From: Heptranchias perlo
Lineage: Eukaryota
NCBI RefSeq assembly: GCF_035084215.1
Contig: NW_027139176.1
Coordinates: forward strand, 558,001 to 622,000
DNA: 64,000 nt
Reading direction: 5' to 3'
This document shows positions 1 to 15,000 of the stretch, one piece after another (positions within the stretch are counted from its first letter, which is position 1; each line of letters opens with the position of its first letter). A model generated the notes under the pieces. It was not told where the DNA came from, searched no databases, and saw only the letters and a program-made list of their open reading frames with translations. The translations under genes and the position numbers were made by a program.

Positions 1-3000
1 GGAGGGGGAAGGAGTTTCAGTATGTAATTGGAGGGGGAAGGAGTTTCAGTATCTAATTGGAGGGGGAAGGAGTTTCAGTATGTAATTGGAGGGGGAAGGA
101 GTTTCAGTGTCTAATTGGAGGGGGAAGGAGTTTCGGTATCTAATTGGAGGGGGAAGGAGTTTCAGTCTGTAATTGTAGGGAAGGTGATGGAGTTTCAGTC
201 TGTAATTATAGGGAAGGTGAAGGAGTTTCAGTATGTAATTGGAGGGGGAAGGAGTTTCAGTCTCTAATTGGAGGGAGAAGGAGTTTCAGTATCTAATTGG
301 AGGGGGAAGGAGTTAAAGTATCTAATTGGAGGGGGAAGGAGTTTCAGTATCTAATTGGAGGGGGAAGGAGTTTCAGTATGTAATTGGAGGGGGAAGGAGT
401 TTCAGTATGTAATTGGAGGGGGAAGGAGTTTCAGTATGTAATTTGAGGGGGAAGGAGTTTCAGTATGTAATTGGAGGGGGAAGGAGTTTCAGTATGTAAT
501 TGGAGGGAGAAGGAGTTTCAGTATCTAATTGGAGGGGGAAGGAGTTTCAGTATGTAATTGGAGGGGGAAGGAGTTTCAGTATGTAATTGGAGGGGGAAGG
601 AGTTTCAGTATCTAATTGGAGGGAGAAGGAGTTTCAGTATCTAATTGGAGGGGGAAGGAGTTTCAGTATCTAATTGGAGGGGGAAGGAGTTTCAGTATGT
701 AATTGGAGGGGGAAGGAGTTTCAGTATCTAATTGGAGGGAGAAGGAGTTTCAGTATGTAATTGGAGGGGGAAGGAGTTTCAGTATCTAATTGGAGGGGGA
801 AGGAGTTTCAGTATCTAATTGGAGGGGGAAGGAGTTTCAGTATCTAATTGGAGGGAGAAGGAGTTTCAGTATGTAATTGGAGGGGGAAGGAGTTTCAGTA
901 TCTAATTGGAGGGGGAAGGAGTTTCAGTATCTAATTGGAGGGAGAAGGAGTTTCAGTATCTAATTGGAGGGAGAAGGAGTTTCAGTATGTAATTGGAGGG
1001 GGAAGGAGTTTCAGTATGTAATTGGAGGGGGAAGGAGTTTCAGTATCTAATTGGAGGGGGAAGGAGTTTCAGTATCTAATTGGAGGGAGAAGGAGTTTCA
1101 GTATGTAATTGGAGGGGGAAGGAGTTTCAGTATGTAATTGGAGGGGGAAGGAGTTTCAGTATCTAATTGGAGGGGGAAGGAGTTTCAGTATCTAATTGGA
1201 GGGAGAAGGAGTTTCAGTATCTAATTGGAGGGGGAAGGAGTTTCAGTATGTAATTGGAGGGGGAAGGAGTTTCAGTATCTAATTGGAGGGGGAAGGAGTT
1301 TCAGTATTCAATTGGAGGGGGAAGGAGTTTCAGTATCTAATTGGAGGGAGAAGGAGTTTCAGTATCTAATTGGAGGGGGAAGGAGTGTCAGTATCTAATT
1401 GGAGGGGGAAGGAGTTTCAGTATGTAATTGGAGGGGGAAGGAGTTTCAGGATGTAATTGGAGGGAGAAGGAGTTTCAGTATCTAATTGGAGGGGGAAGGA
1501 GTTTCAGTATCTAATTGGAGGGGGAAGGAGTTTCAGTATGTAATTGTAGGGGGAAGGAGTTTCAGTATGTAATTGGAGGGGGAAGGAGTTTCAGTATGTA
1601 ATTGGAGGGGGAAGGAGTTTCAGTATCTAATTGGAGGGGGAAGGAGTTTCAGTATGTAATTGGAGGGGGAAGGAGTTTCAGTATGTAATTGGAGGGGGAT
1701 AGAGTTTCAGTATGTAATTGGAGGGGGAAGGAGTTTCAGTATGTAATTGGAGGGGGAAGGAGTTTCAGTATCTAATTGGAGGGGGAAGGAGTTTCAGTAT
1801 CTAATTGGAGGGGGAAGGAGTTTCAGTATGTAATTGGAGGGGGAAGGAGTTTCAGTATGTAATTGGAGGGGGAAGGAGTTTCAGTATGTAATTGGAGGGG
1901 GAAGGAGTTTCAGTATCTAATTGGAGGGGGAAGGAGTTTCAGTATGTAATTGGAGGGGGAAGGAGTTTCAGTCTCTAATTGGAGGGGGAAGGAGTTTCAG
2001 TATCTAATTGGAGGGGGAAGGAGTTTCAGTATGTAATTGGAGGGGGAAGGAGTTTCAGTATCTAATTGGAGGGGGAAGGAGTTTCAGTATCTAATTGGAG
2101 GGGGAAGGAGTTTCAGTATGTAATTGGAGGGGGAAGGAGTTTCAGTATCTAATTGGAGGGGGAAGGAGTTTCAGTATCTAATTGGAGGGGGAAGGAGTTT
2201 CAGTATCTAATTGGAGGGGGAAGGAGTTTCAGTATGTAATTGGAGGGGGAAGGAGTTTCAGTATGTAATTGGAGGGGGAAGGAGTTTCAGTATCTAATTG
2301 GAGGGGGAAGGAGTTTCAGTATCTAATTGGAGGGGGAAGGAGTTTCAGTATGTAATTGGAGGGGGAAGGAGTTTCAGTATGTAATTGGAGGGGGAAGGAG
2401 TTTCAGTATCTAATTGGAGGGGGAAGGAGTTTCAGTATGTAATTGGAGGGGGAAGGAGTTTCAGTATGTAATTGGAGGGGGAAGGAGTTTCAGTATGTAA
2501 TTGGAGGGGGAAGGAGTTTCAGTATGTAATTGGAGGGGGAAGGAGTTTCAGTATCTCATTGGAGGGGGAAGGAGTTTCAGTATGTAATTGGAGGGGGAAG
2601 GAGTTTCAGTATGTAATTGGAGGGGGAAGGAGTTTCTGTATCTAATTGGAGGGGGAAGGAGTTTCAGTATCTAATTGGAGGGAGAAGGAGTTTCAGTATC
2701 TAATTGGAGGGGGAAGGAGTTTCAGTATCTAATTGGAGGGAGAAGGAGTTTCAGTATGTAATTGGAGGGGGAAGGAGTTTCAGTATCTAATTGGAGGGGG
2801 AAGGAGTTTCAGTATGTAATTGGAGGGGGATGGAGTTTCAGTATCTAATTGGAGAGGGAAGGAGTTTCAGTATGTAATTGGAGGGGGAAGGAGTTTCAGT
2901 ATGTAATTGGAGGGGGAAGGAGTTTCAGTATGTAATTGGAGGGGGAAGGAGTTTCAGTATCTAATTGGAGGGGGAAGGAGTTTCAGTATGTAATTGGAGG

Positions 3001-6000
3001 GGGAAGGAGTTTCAGTATCTAATTGGAGGGGGAAGGAGTTTCAGTATCTAATTGGAGGGGGAAGGAGTTTCAGTATGTAATTGGAGGGGGAAGGAGTTTC
3101 AGTATCTAATTGGAGGGGGAAGGAGTTTCAGTATGTAATTGGAGGGGGAAGGAGTTTCAGTATGTAATTGGAGGGGGAAGGAGTTTCAGTATCTAATTGG
3201 AGGGGGAAGGAGTTTCAGTATCTAATTGGAGGGGGAAGGAGTTTCAGTATCTAATTGGAGGGGGAAGGAGTTTCAGTATGTAATTGGAGGGGGAAGGAGT
3301 TTCAGTATGTAATTGGAGGGGGAAGGAGTTTCAGTATCTAATTGGAGGGGGAAGGAGTTTCAGTATCTAATTGGAGGGGGAAGGAGTTTCAGTATCTAAT
3401 TGGAGGGGGAAGGAGTTTCAGTATGTAATTGGAGGGGGAAGGAGTTTCAGTATCTAATTGGAGGGGGAAGGAGTTTCAGTATCTAATTGGAGGGGGAAGG
3501 AGTTTCAGTATGTAATTGGAGGGGTAAGGAGTTTCAGTATGTAATTGGAGGGGGAAGGAGTTTCAGTATCTAATTGGAGGGGGAAGGAGATTCAGTATGT
3601 AATTGGAGGGGGAAGGAGTTTCAGTATGTAATTGGAGGGGGAAGGAGTTTCAGTATCTAATTGGAGGGGGAAGGAGTTTCAGTATCTAATTGGAGGGAGA
3701 AGGAGTTTCAGTATCTAATTGGAGGGGGAAGGAGTTTCAGTATCTAATTGGAGGGAGAAGGAGTTTCAGTATGTAATTGGAGGGGGAAGGAGTTTCAGTA
3801 TCTAATTGGAGGGGGAAGGAGTTTCAGTATGTAATTGGAGGGGGAAGGAGTTTCAGTATCTAATTGGAGAGGGAAGGAGTTTCAGTATGTAATTGGAGGG
3901 GGAAGGAGTTTCAGTATCTAATTGGAGAGGGAAGGAGTTTCAGTATGTAATTGGAGGGGGAAGGAGTTTCAGTATCTAATTGGAGGGGGAAGGAGTTTCA
4001 GTATGTAATTGGAGGGGGAAGGAGTTTCAGTATCTAATTGGAGAGGGAAGGAGTTTCAGTATGTAATTGGAGGGGGAAGGAGATTCAGTATCTAATTGGA
4101 GGGGGAAGGAGTTTCAGTATCTAATTGGAGGGAGAAGGAGTTTCAGTATCTAATTGGAGGGGGAAGGAGTTTCAGTATCTAATTGGAGGGAGAAGGAGTT
4201 TCAGTATCTAATTGGAGGGGGAAGGAGTTTCAGTATGTAATTGGAGAGGGAAGCAGTTTCAGTATGTAATTGGAGGGGGAAGGAGTTTCAGTATCTAATT
4301 GGAGGGGGAAGGAGTTTCAGTATCTAATTGGAGGGGGAAGGAGTTTCAGTATCTAATTGGAGGGGGAAGGAGTTTCAGTATCTAATTGGAGGGGGAAGGA
4401 GTTTCAGTATGTAATTGGAGGGGGAAGGAGTTTCAGTATGTAATTGGAGGGGGAAGGAGTTTCAGTATCTAATTGGAGGGGGAAGGAGTTTCAGTATGTA
4501 ATTGTAGGGAAGGTGAAGGAGTTTCAGTATGTAATTGTAGGGAAGGTGAAGGAGTGTCAGTATGTAATTGTAGGGAAGGTGAAGGAGTTTCAGTATGTAA
4601 TTGTAGGGGGAAGGAGTTTCAGTATGTAATTGGAGGGGGAAGGAGTTTCAGTATGTAATTGGAGGGGGAAGGAGTTTCAGTATCGAATTGGAGGGGGAAG
4701 GAGTTTCAGTATCTAATTGGAGGGAGAAGGAGTTTCAGTATCTAATTGGAGGGGGAAGGAGTGTCAGTATGTAATTGGAGGGGGAAGGAGTTTCAGTATC
4801 TAATTGGAGGGAGAAGGAGTTTCAGTATGTAATTGGAGGGGGAAGGAGTTTCAGTCTGTAATTGGAGGGGGAAGGAGTTTCAGTATCTAATTGGAGGGGG
4901 AAGGAGTTTCAGTATCTAATTGGAGGGGGAAGGAGTGTCAGTATCTAATTGGAGGGGGAAGGAGTTTCAGTATGTAATTGGAGGGGGAAGGAGTTTCAGT
5001 ATGTAATTGGAGGGGGAAGGAGTTTCAGTATGTAATTGGAGGGGGAAGGAGTTTCAGTATGTAATTGGAGGGGGAAGGAGTTTCAGTATCTAATTGGAGG
5101 GGGAAGGAGTTTCAGTATGTAATTGGAGGGGGAAGGAGTTTCAGTATCTAATTGGAGGGGGAAGGAGTTTCAGTATGTAATTGGAGGGGGAAGGAGTTTC
5201 AGTATGCAATTGGAGGGGGAAGGAGTTTCAGTATGTAATTGGAGGGGGAAGGAGTTTCAGTATCTAATTGGAGGGGGAAGGAGTTTCAGTATCCAATTGG
5301 AGGGAGAAGGAGTTTCAGTATGTAATTGGAGGGGGAAGGAGTTTCAGTATGTAATTGGAGGGGGAAGGAGTTTCAGTCTGTAATTATAGGGAAGGTGAAG
5401 GAGTTTCAGTATCTCATTGGAGGGGGAAGGAGTTTCAGTATCTAATTGGAGGGGGAAGGAGTTTCAGTATCTAATTGGAGGGGGAAGGAGTTTCAGTATC
5501 TAATTGGAGGGGGAAGGAGTTTCAGTATGTAATTGGAGGGGGAAGGAGTTTCAGTATGTAATTGGAGGGGGAAGGAGTTTCAGTATCTAATTGGAGGGGG
5601 AAGGAGTTTCAGTCTGTAATTGTAGGGAAGGTGAAGGAGTTTCAGTCTGTAATTATAGGGAAGGTGAAGGAGTTTCAGTATGTAATTGGAGGGGGAAGGA
5701 GTTTCAGTATGTAATTTGAGGGGGAAGGAGTTTCAGTATGTAATTGGAGGGGGAAGGAGTTTCAGTCTGTAATTGGAGGGGGAAGGAGTTTCAGTATCTA
5801 ATTGGAGGGGGAAGGAGTTTCAGTATCTAATTGGAGGGGGAAGGAGTGTCAGTATCTAATTGGAGGGGGAAGGAGTTTCAGTATGTAATTGGAGGGGGAA
5901 GGAGTTTCAGTATGTAATTGGAGGGGGAAGGAGTTTCAGTATGTAATTGGAGGGGGAAGGAGTTTCAGTATGTAATTGGAGGGGGAAGGAGTTTCAGTAT

Positions 6001-9000
6001 CTAATTGGAGGGGGAAGGAGTTTCAGTATGTAATTGGAGGGGGAAGGAGTTTCAGTATCTAATTGGAGGGGGAAGGAGTTTCAGTATGTAATTGGAGGGG
6101 GAAGGAGTTTCAGTATGCAATTGGAGGGGGAAGGAGTTTCAGTATGTAATTGGAGGGGGAAGGAGTTTCAGTATCTAATTGGAGGGGGAAGGAGTTTCAG
6201 TATCCAATTGGAGGGAGAAGGAGTTTCAGTATGTAATTGGAGGGGGAAGGAGTTTCAGTATGTAATTGGAGGGGGAAGGAGTTTCAGTCTGTAATTATAG
6301 GGAAGGTGAAGGAGTTTCAGTATCTCATTGGAGGGGGAAGGAGTTTCAGTATCTAATTGGAGGGGGAAGGAGTTTCAGTATCTAATTGGAGGGGGAAGGA
6401 GTTTCAGTATCTAATTGGAGGGGGAAGGAGTTTCAGTATGTAATTGGAGGGGGAAGGAGTTTCAGTATGTAATTGGAGGGGGAAGGAGTTTCAGTATCTA
6501 ATTGGAGGGGGAAGGAGTTTCAGTCTGTAATTGTAGGGAAGGTGAAGGAGTTTCAGTCTGTAATTATAGGGAAGGTGAAGGAGTTTCAGTATGTAATTGG
6601 AGGGGGAAGGAGTTTCAGTATGTAATTTGAGGGGGAAGGAGTTTCAGTATGTAATTGGAGGGGGAAGGAGTTTCAGTATGTAATTGGAGGGAGAAGGAGT
6701 TTCAGTATCTAATTGGAGGGGGAAGGAGTTTCAGTATGTAATTGGAGGGGGAAGGAGTTTCAGTATGTAATTGGAGGGGGAAGGAGTTTCAGTATCTAAT
6801 TGGAGGGAGAAGGAGTTTCAGTATCTAATTGGAGGGGGAAGGAGTTTCAGTATCTAATTGGAGGGGGAAGGAGTTTCAGTATGTAATTGGAGGGGGAAGG
6901 AGTTTCAGTATGTAATTGGAGGGGGAAGGAGTTTCAGTATCTAATTTGAGGGGGAAGGAGTTTCAGTATCTAATTGGAGGGGGAAGGAGTTTCAGTATCT
7001 AATTGGAGGGGGAAGGAGTTTCAGTATCTAATTGGAGGGAGAAGGAGTTTCAGTATCTCATTCGAGGGGGAAGGAGTTTCAGTATCTAATTGGAGGGGGA
7101 AGGAGTTTCAGTATCTAATTGGAGGGAGAAGGAGTTTCAGTATGTAATTGGAGGGGGAAGGAGTTTCAGTATCTAATTGGAGGGCGAAGGAGTTTCAGTA
7201 TCTAATTGGAGGGAGAAGGAGTTTCAGTATCTAATTGGAGGGAGAAGGAGTTTCAGTATGTAATTGGAGGGGGAAGGAGTTTCAGTATGTAATTGGAGGG
7301 GGAAGGAGTTTCAGTATCTAATTGGAGGGGGAAGGAGTTTCAGTATCTAATTGGAGGGAGAAGGAGTTTCAGTATGTAATTGGAGGGGGAAGGAGTTTCA
7401 GTATGTAATTGGAGGGGGAAGGAGTTTCAGTATCTAATTGGAGGGGGAAGGAGTTTCAGTATCTAATTGGAGGGAGAAGGAGTTTCAGTATGTAATTGGA
7501 GGGGGAAGGAGTTTCAGTATGTAATTGGAGGGGGAAGGAGTTTCAGTATCTAATTGGAGGGGGAAGGAATTTCAGTATGTAATTGGAGGGGGAAGGAGTT
7601 TCAGTATCTAATTGGAGGGAGAAGGAGTTTCAGTATCTAATTGGAGGGGGAAGGAGTGTCAGTATCTAATTGGAGGGGGAAGGAGTTTCAGTATCTAATT
7701 GGAGGGGGAAGGAGTTTCAGTATCTAATTGGAGGGGGAAGGAGTTTCAGTATGTAATTGTAGGGGGAAGGAGTTTCAGTATGTAATTGGAGGGGTAAGGA
7801 GTTTCAGTATGTAATTGGAGGGGGAAGGAGTTTCAGTATCTAATTGGAGGGGGAAGGAGTTTCAGTATCTAATTGGAGGGGGAAGGAGTTTCAGTATGTA
7901 ATTGGAGGGGGAAGGAGTTTCAGTATGTAATTGGAGGGGGAAGGAGTTTCAGTATGTAATTGGAGGGGGAAGGAGTTTCAGTATGTAATTGGAGGGGGAA
8001 GGAGTTTCAGTATCTAATTGGAGGGGGAAGGAGTTTCAGTATGTAATTGGAGGGGGAAGGAGTTTCAGTATGTAATTGGAGGGGGAAGGAGTTTCAGTAT
8101 GTAATTGGAGGGGGAAGGAGTTTCAGTATGTAATTGGAGGGGGAAGGAGTTTCAGTATGTAATTGGAGGGGGAAGGAGTTTCAGTATCTAATTGGAGGGG
8201 GAAGGAGTTTCAGTATCTAATTGGAGGGGGAAGGAGTTTCAGTATCTAATTGGAGGGGGAAGGAGTTTCAGTATCTGATTGGAGGGGGAAGGAGTTTCAG
8301 TATCTAATTGGAGGGGGAAGGAGTTTCAGTATGTAATTGGAGGGGGAAGGAGTTTCAGTATCTAATTGGAGGGCGAAGGAGTTTCAGTATCTAATTGGAG
8401 GGAGAAGGAGTTTCAGTATCTAATTGGAGGGAGAAGGAGTTTCAGTATGTAATTGGAGGGGGAAGGAGTTTCAGTATGTAATTGGAGGGGGAAGGAGTTT
8501 CAGTATCTAATTGGAGGGGGAAGGAGTTTCAGTATCTAATTGGAGGGAGAAGGAGTTTCAGTATGTAATTGGAGGGGGAAGGAGTTTCAGTATGTAATTG
8601 GAGGGGGAAGGAGTTTCAGTATCTAATTGGAGGGGGAAGGAGTTTCAGTATCTAATTGGAGGGAGAAGGAGTTTCAGTATCTAATTGGAGGGGGAAGGAG
8701 TTTCAGTATGTAATTGGAGGGGGAAGGAGTTTCAGTATGTAATTGGAGGGGGAAGGAGTTTCAGTATGTAATTGGAGGGGGAAGGAGTTTCAGTATGTAA
8801 TTGGAGGGGGAAGGAGTTTCAGTATGTAATTGGAGGGGGAAGGAGTTTCAGTATCTAATTGGAGGGGGAAGGAGTTTCAGTATGTAATTGGAGGGGGAAG
8901 GAGTTTCAGTATCTAATTGGAGGGGGAAGGAGTTTCAGTATCTGATTGGAGGGGGAAGGAGTTTCAGTATGTAATTGGAGGGGGAAGGAGTTTCAGTATG

Positions 9001-12000
9001 TAATTGGAGGGGGAAGGAGTTTCAGTATCTAATTGGAGGGCGAAGGAGTTTCAGTATCTAATTGGAGGGAGAAGGAGTTTCAGTATCTAATTGGAGGGAG
9101 AAGGAGTTTCAGTATGTAATTGGAGGGGGAAGGAGTTTCACTATGTAATTGGAGGGGGAAGGAGTTTCAGTATCTAATTGGAGGGGGAAGGAGTTTCAGT
9201 ATCTAATTGGAGGGAGAAGGAGTTTCAGTATGTAATTGGAGGGGGAAGGAGTTTCAGTATGTAATTGGAGGGGGAAGGAGTTTCAGTATCTAATTGGAGG
9301 GGGAAGGAGTTTCAGTATCTAATTGGAGGGAGAAGGAGTTTCAGTATCTAATTGGAGGGGGAAGGAGTTTCAGTATGTAATTGGAGGGGGAAGGAGTTTC
9401 AGTATCTAATTGGAGGGGGAAGGAATTTCAGTATGTAATTGGAGGGGGAAGGAGTTTCAGTATCTAATTGGAGGGAGAAGGAGTTTCAGTATCTAATTGG
9501 AGGGGGAAGGAGTGTCAGTATCTAATTGGAGGGGGAAGGAGTTTCAGTATCTAATTGGAGGGGGAAGGAGTTTCAGTATCTAATTGGAGGGGGAAGGAGT
9601 TTCAGTATGTAATTGTAGGGGGAAGGAGTTTCAGTATGTAATTGGAGGGGGAAGGAGTTTCAGTATGTAATTGGAGGGGGAAGGAGTTTCAGTATCTAAT
9701 TGGAGGGGGGAGGAGTTTCAGTATCTAATTGGAGGGGGAAGGAGTTTCAGTATGTAATTGGAGGGGGAAGGAGTTTCAGTATGTAATTGGAGGGGGAAGG
9801 AGTTTCAGTATGTAATTGGAGGGGGAAGGAGTTTCAGTATGTAATTGGAGGGGGAAGGAGTTTCAGTATCTAATTGGAGGGGGAAGGAGTTTCAGTATGT
9901 AATTGGAGGGGGAAGGAGTTTCAGTATGTAATTGGAGGGGGAAGGAGTTTCAGTATGTAATTGGAGGGGGAAGGAGTTTCAGTATGTAATTGGAGGGGGA
10001 AGGAGTTTCAGTATGTAATTGGAGGGGGAAGGAGTTTCAGTATCTAATTGGAGGGGGAAGGAGTTTCAGTATCTAATTGGAGGGGGAAGGAGTTTCAGTA
10101 TCTAATTGGAGGGGGAAGGAGTTTCAGTATCTGATTGGAGGGGGAAGGAGTTTCAGTATCTAATTGGAGGGGGAAGGAGTTTCAGTATCTAATTGGAGGG
10201 GGAAGGAGTTTCAGTATGTAATTGGAGGGGGAAGGAGTTTCAGTATGTAATTGGAGGGGGAAGGAGTTTCAGTATCTAATTGGAGGGGGAAGGAGTTTCA
10301 GTATCTAATTGGAGGGGGAAGGAGTTTCAGTATGTAATTGGAGGGGGAAGGAGTTTCAGTATCTAATTGGAGGGGGAAGGAGTTTCAGTATGTAATTGGA
10401 GGGGGAAGGAGTTTCAGTATGTAATTGGAGGGGGAAGGAGTTTCAGTATCTAATTGGAGGGGGAAGGAGTTTCAGTATCTAATTGGAGGGAGAAGGAGTT
10501 TCAGTATCTAATTGGAGGGTGAAGGAGTTTCAGTATCTAATTGGAGGGAGAAGGAGTTTCAGTATGTAATTGGAGGGGGAAGGAGTTTCAGTATGTAATT
10601 GGAGGGGGAAGGAGTTTCAGTATGTAATTGGAGGGGGAAGGAGTTTCAGTATGTAATTGGAGGGGGAAGGAGTTTCAGTATGTAATTGGAGGGGGAAGGA
10701 GTTTCAGTATGTAATTGGAGGGGGAAGGAGTTTCAGTATGTAATTGGAGGGGGAAGGAGTTTCAGTATGTAATTGGAGGGGGAAGGAGTTTCAGTATCTA
10801 ATTGGAGAGGGAAGGAGTTTCAGTATGTAATTGGAGGGGTAAGGAGTTTCAGTATGTAATTGGAGGGGGAAGGAGTTTCAGTATCTAATTGGAGAGGGAA
10901 GGAGTTTCAGTATGTAATTGGAGGCGGAAGGAGTTTCAGTGTCTAATTGGAGGGGGAAGGAGTTTCAGTATCTAATTGGAGGGAGAAGGAGTTTCAGTAT
11001 GTAATTGGAGGGGGAAGGAGTTTCAGTATCTAATTGGAGGGGGAAGGAGTTTCAGTATCTAATTGGAGGGGGAAGGAGTTTCAGTATGTAATTGGAGGGG
11101 GAAGGAGTTTCAGTATCTAATTGGAGGGGGAAGGAGTTTCAGTATGGAATTGTAGGGAAGGTGAAGGAGTTTCAGTATGTAATTGTAGGGAAGGTGAAGG
11201 AGTGTCAGTATGTCATTGTCGGGAAGGTGAAGGAGTTTCAGTATGTAATTGTAGGGGGAAGGAGTTTCAGTATGTAATTGGAGGGGGAAGGAGTTTCAGT
11301 ATCTAATTGGAGGGGGAAGGAGTTTCAGTATCTAATTGGAGGGGGAAGGAGTTTCAGTATCTAATTGGAGGGAGAAGGAGTTTCAGTATCTAATTGGAGG
11401 GGGAAGGAGGGTCAGTATGTAATTGGAGGGGGAAGGAGTTTCAGTATCTAATTGGAGGGAGAAGGAGTTTCAGTATGTAATTGGAGGGGGAAGGAGTTTC
11501 AGTCTGTAATTGGAGGGGGAAGGAGTTTCAGTATCTAATTGGAGGGGGAAGGAGTTTCAGTATCTAATTGGAGGGGGAAGGAGTGTCAGTATCTAATTGG
11601 AGGGGGAAGGAGTTTCAGTATGTAATTGGAGGGGGAAGGAGTTTCAGTATCTAATTGGAGGGGGAAGGAGTTTCAGTATGTAATTGGAGGGGGAAGGAGT
11701 TTCAGTATGTAATTGGAGGGGGAAGGAGTTTCAGTATGTAATTGGAGGGGGAAGGAGTTTCAGTATCTAATTGGAGGGGGAAGGAGTTTCAGTATGTAAT
11801 TGGAGGGGGAAGGAGTTTCAGTATGTAATTGGAGGGGGAAGGAGTTTCAGTATGTAATTGGAGGGGGAAGGAGTTTCAGTATGTAATTGGAGGGGGAAGG
11901 AGTTTCAGTATGTAATTGGAGGGGGAAGGAGTTTCAGTATCTAATTGGAGGGGGAAGGAGTTTCAGTATGTAATTGGAGGGAGAAGGAGTTTCAGTATCT

Positions 12001-15000
12001 AATTGGAGGGGGAAGGAGTTTCAGTATGTAATTGGAGGGGGAAGGAGTTTCAGTTTGTAATTGGAGGGGGAAGGAGTTTCAGTATGTAATTGGAGGGGGA
12101 AGGAGTTTCAGTATCTAATTGGAGGGGGAAGGAGTTTCAGTATCTAATTGGAGGGGGAAGGAGTTTCAGTATGTAATTGGAGGGGGAAGGAGTTTCAGTA
12201 TCTAATTGGAGGGGGAAGGAGTTTCAGTATGTAATTGGAGGGGGAAGGAGTTTCAGTATCTAATTGGAGGGGGAAGGAGTTTCAGTATGTAATTGGAGGG
12301 GGAAGGAGTTTCAGTATCTCATTGGAGGGGGAAGGAGTTTCAGTATCTAATTGGAGGGGGAAGGAGTTTCAGTATCTAATTGGAGGGGGAAGGAGTTTCA
12401 GTATCTAATTGGAGGGGGAAGGAGTTTCAGTATCTAATTGGAGGGGGAAGGAGTGTCAGTATGTAATTGTAGTGAAGGTGAAGGAGTGTCAGTATGTAAT
12501 TGTAGGGAAGGTGAAGGAGTTTCAGTGTGTAATTGTCGGGGGAAGGAGTTTCAGTATCTAATTGGAGGGGGAAGGAGTTTCAGTATCTAATTGGAGGGGG
12601 AAGGAGTTTCAGTATCTAATTGGAGGGGGAAGGAGTTTCAGTATCTAATTGGAGGGGGAAGGAGTGTCAGTATGTAATTGTAGGGAAGGTGAAGGAGTGT
12701 CAGTATGTAATTGTAGGGAAGGTGAAGGAGTTTCAGTATGTAATTGGAGGGGGAAGGAGTTTCAGTATGTAATTGGAGGGGGAAGGAGTTTCAGTATCTA
12801 ATTGGAGGGGGAAGGAGTTTCAGTATGTAATTGGAGGGGGAAGGAGTTTCAGTATGTAATTGGAGGGGGAAGGAGTTTCAGTATCTAATTGGAGGGGGAA
12901 GGAGTTTCAGTATGTAATTGGAGGGGGAAGGAGTTTCAGTATTTAATTGGAGGGAGAAGGAGTTTCAGTATGTAATTGGAGGGGGAAGGAGTTTCAGTAT
13001 GTAATTGGAGGGGGAAGGAGTTTCAGTATCTAATTGGAGGGAGAAGGAGTTTCAGTATGTAATTGGAGGGGGAAGGAGTTTCAGTATCTAATAGGAGGGG
13101 GAAGGAGTTTCAGTATCTAATTGGAGGGGGAAGGAGTTTCAGTATGTAATTGGAGGGGGAAGGAGTTTCAGTATCTAATTGGAGGGGGAAGGAGTTTCAG
13201 TATGTAATTGGAGGGGGAAGGAGTTTCAGTATGTAATTGTAGGGGGACGGAGTTTCAGTATCTAATTGGAGGGGGAAGGAGTTTCAGTATGTAATTGGAG
13301 GGGGAAGGAGTTTCAGTATCTAATTGGAGGGGGGGAAGGAGTTTCAGTATGTAATTGGAGGGGGAAGGAGTTTCAGTATGTAATTGGAGGGGGAAGGAGT
13401 TTCAGTATCTAATTGGAGGGAGAAGGAGTTTCAGTATCTAATTGGAGGGGGAAGGAGTTTCAGTATGTAATTGGAGGGGGAAGGAGTTTCAGTATGTAAT
13501 TGGAGGGGGAAGGAGTTTCAGTATCTAATTGGAGGGGGAAGGAGTTTCAGTATGTAATTGGAGGGGGAAGGAGTTTCAGTATCTAATTGGAGGGGGAAGG
13601 AGTGTCAGTATCTAATTGGAGGGGGAAGGAGTTTCAGTATCTAATTGGAGGGAGAAGGAGTTTCAGTATCTAATTGGAGGGGGAAGGAGTTTCAGTATGT
13701 AATTGGAGGCAGAAGGAGTTTCAGCATCTAATTGGAGGGGGAAGGAGTTTCAGTATCTAATTGGAGGGAGAAGGAGTTTCAGTATCTAATTGGAGGGGGA
13801 AGGAGTTTCAGTATCTAATTGGAGGGGGAAGGAGTTTCAGTATCTAATTGGAGGGGGAAGGAGTTTCAGTATGTAATTGGAGGGGGAAGGAGTTTCAGTA
13901 TCTAATTGGAGGGAGAAGGAGTTTCAGTATGTAATTGGAGAGGGAAGGAGTTTCAGTATGTAATTGGAGGGGGAAGGAGTTTCAGTATCTAATTGGAGGG
14001 GGAAGGAGTTTCAGTATCTAATTGGAGGGGGAAGGAATTTCAGTATCTAATTGGAGGGGGAAGGAGTTTCAGTATCTAATTGGAGGGAGAAGGAGTTTCA
14101 GTATGTAATTGGAGGGGGAAGGAGTTTCAGTATGTAATTGGAGGGGGAAGGAGTTTCAGTATGTAATTGGAGGGGGAAGGAGTTTCAGTATCTAATTGGA
14201 GGGAGAAGGAGTTTCAGTATGTAATTGGAGGGGGAAGGAGTTTCAGTATGTAATTGGAGAGGGAAGGAGTTTCAGTATGTAATTGGAGGGGGAAGGAGTT
14301 TCAGTATCGAATTGGAGGGGGAAGGAGTTTCAGTATCTAATTGGAGGGGGAAGGAGTTTCAGTATGTAATTGGAGGGGGAAGGAGTTTCAGTATGCAATT
14401 GGAGGGGGAAGGAGTTTCAGTATGTAATTGGAGGGGGAAGGAGTTTCAGTATCTAATTGGAGGGGGAAGGAGTTTCAGTATGTAATTGGAGGGGGAAGGA
14501 GTTTCAGTATCTAATTGGAGGGGGAAGGAGTTTCACTATGTAATTGGAGGGGGAAGGAGTTTCAGTATGTAATTGGAGGGGGAAGGAGTTTCAGTATCTA
14601 ATTGGAGGGGGAAGGAGTTTCAGTATGTAATTGGAGGGGGAAGGAGTTTCAGTATCTAATTGGAGGGGGAAGGAGTGTCAGTATGTAATTGGAGGGGGAA
14701 GGAGTTTCAGTATCTAATTGGAGGGGGAAGGAGTTTCAGTATGTAATTGGAGGGGGAAGGAGTTTCAGTATGTAATTGGAGGGGGAAGGAGTTTCAGTAT
14801 GTAATTGGAGGGGGAAGGAGTGTCAGTATGTAATTGGAGGGGTAAGGAGTTTCAGTATCTAATTGGAGGGGGAAGGAGTTTCAGTATGTAATTGGAGGGG
14901 GAAGGAGTTTCAGTATCTAATTGGAGGGGGAAGGAGTTTCAGTATGTAATTGGAGGGGGAAGGAGTTTCAGTATGTAATTGGAGGGGGAAGGAGTTTCAG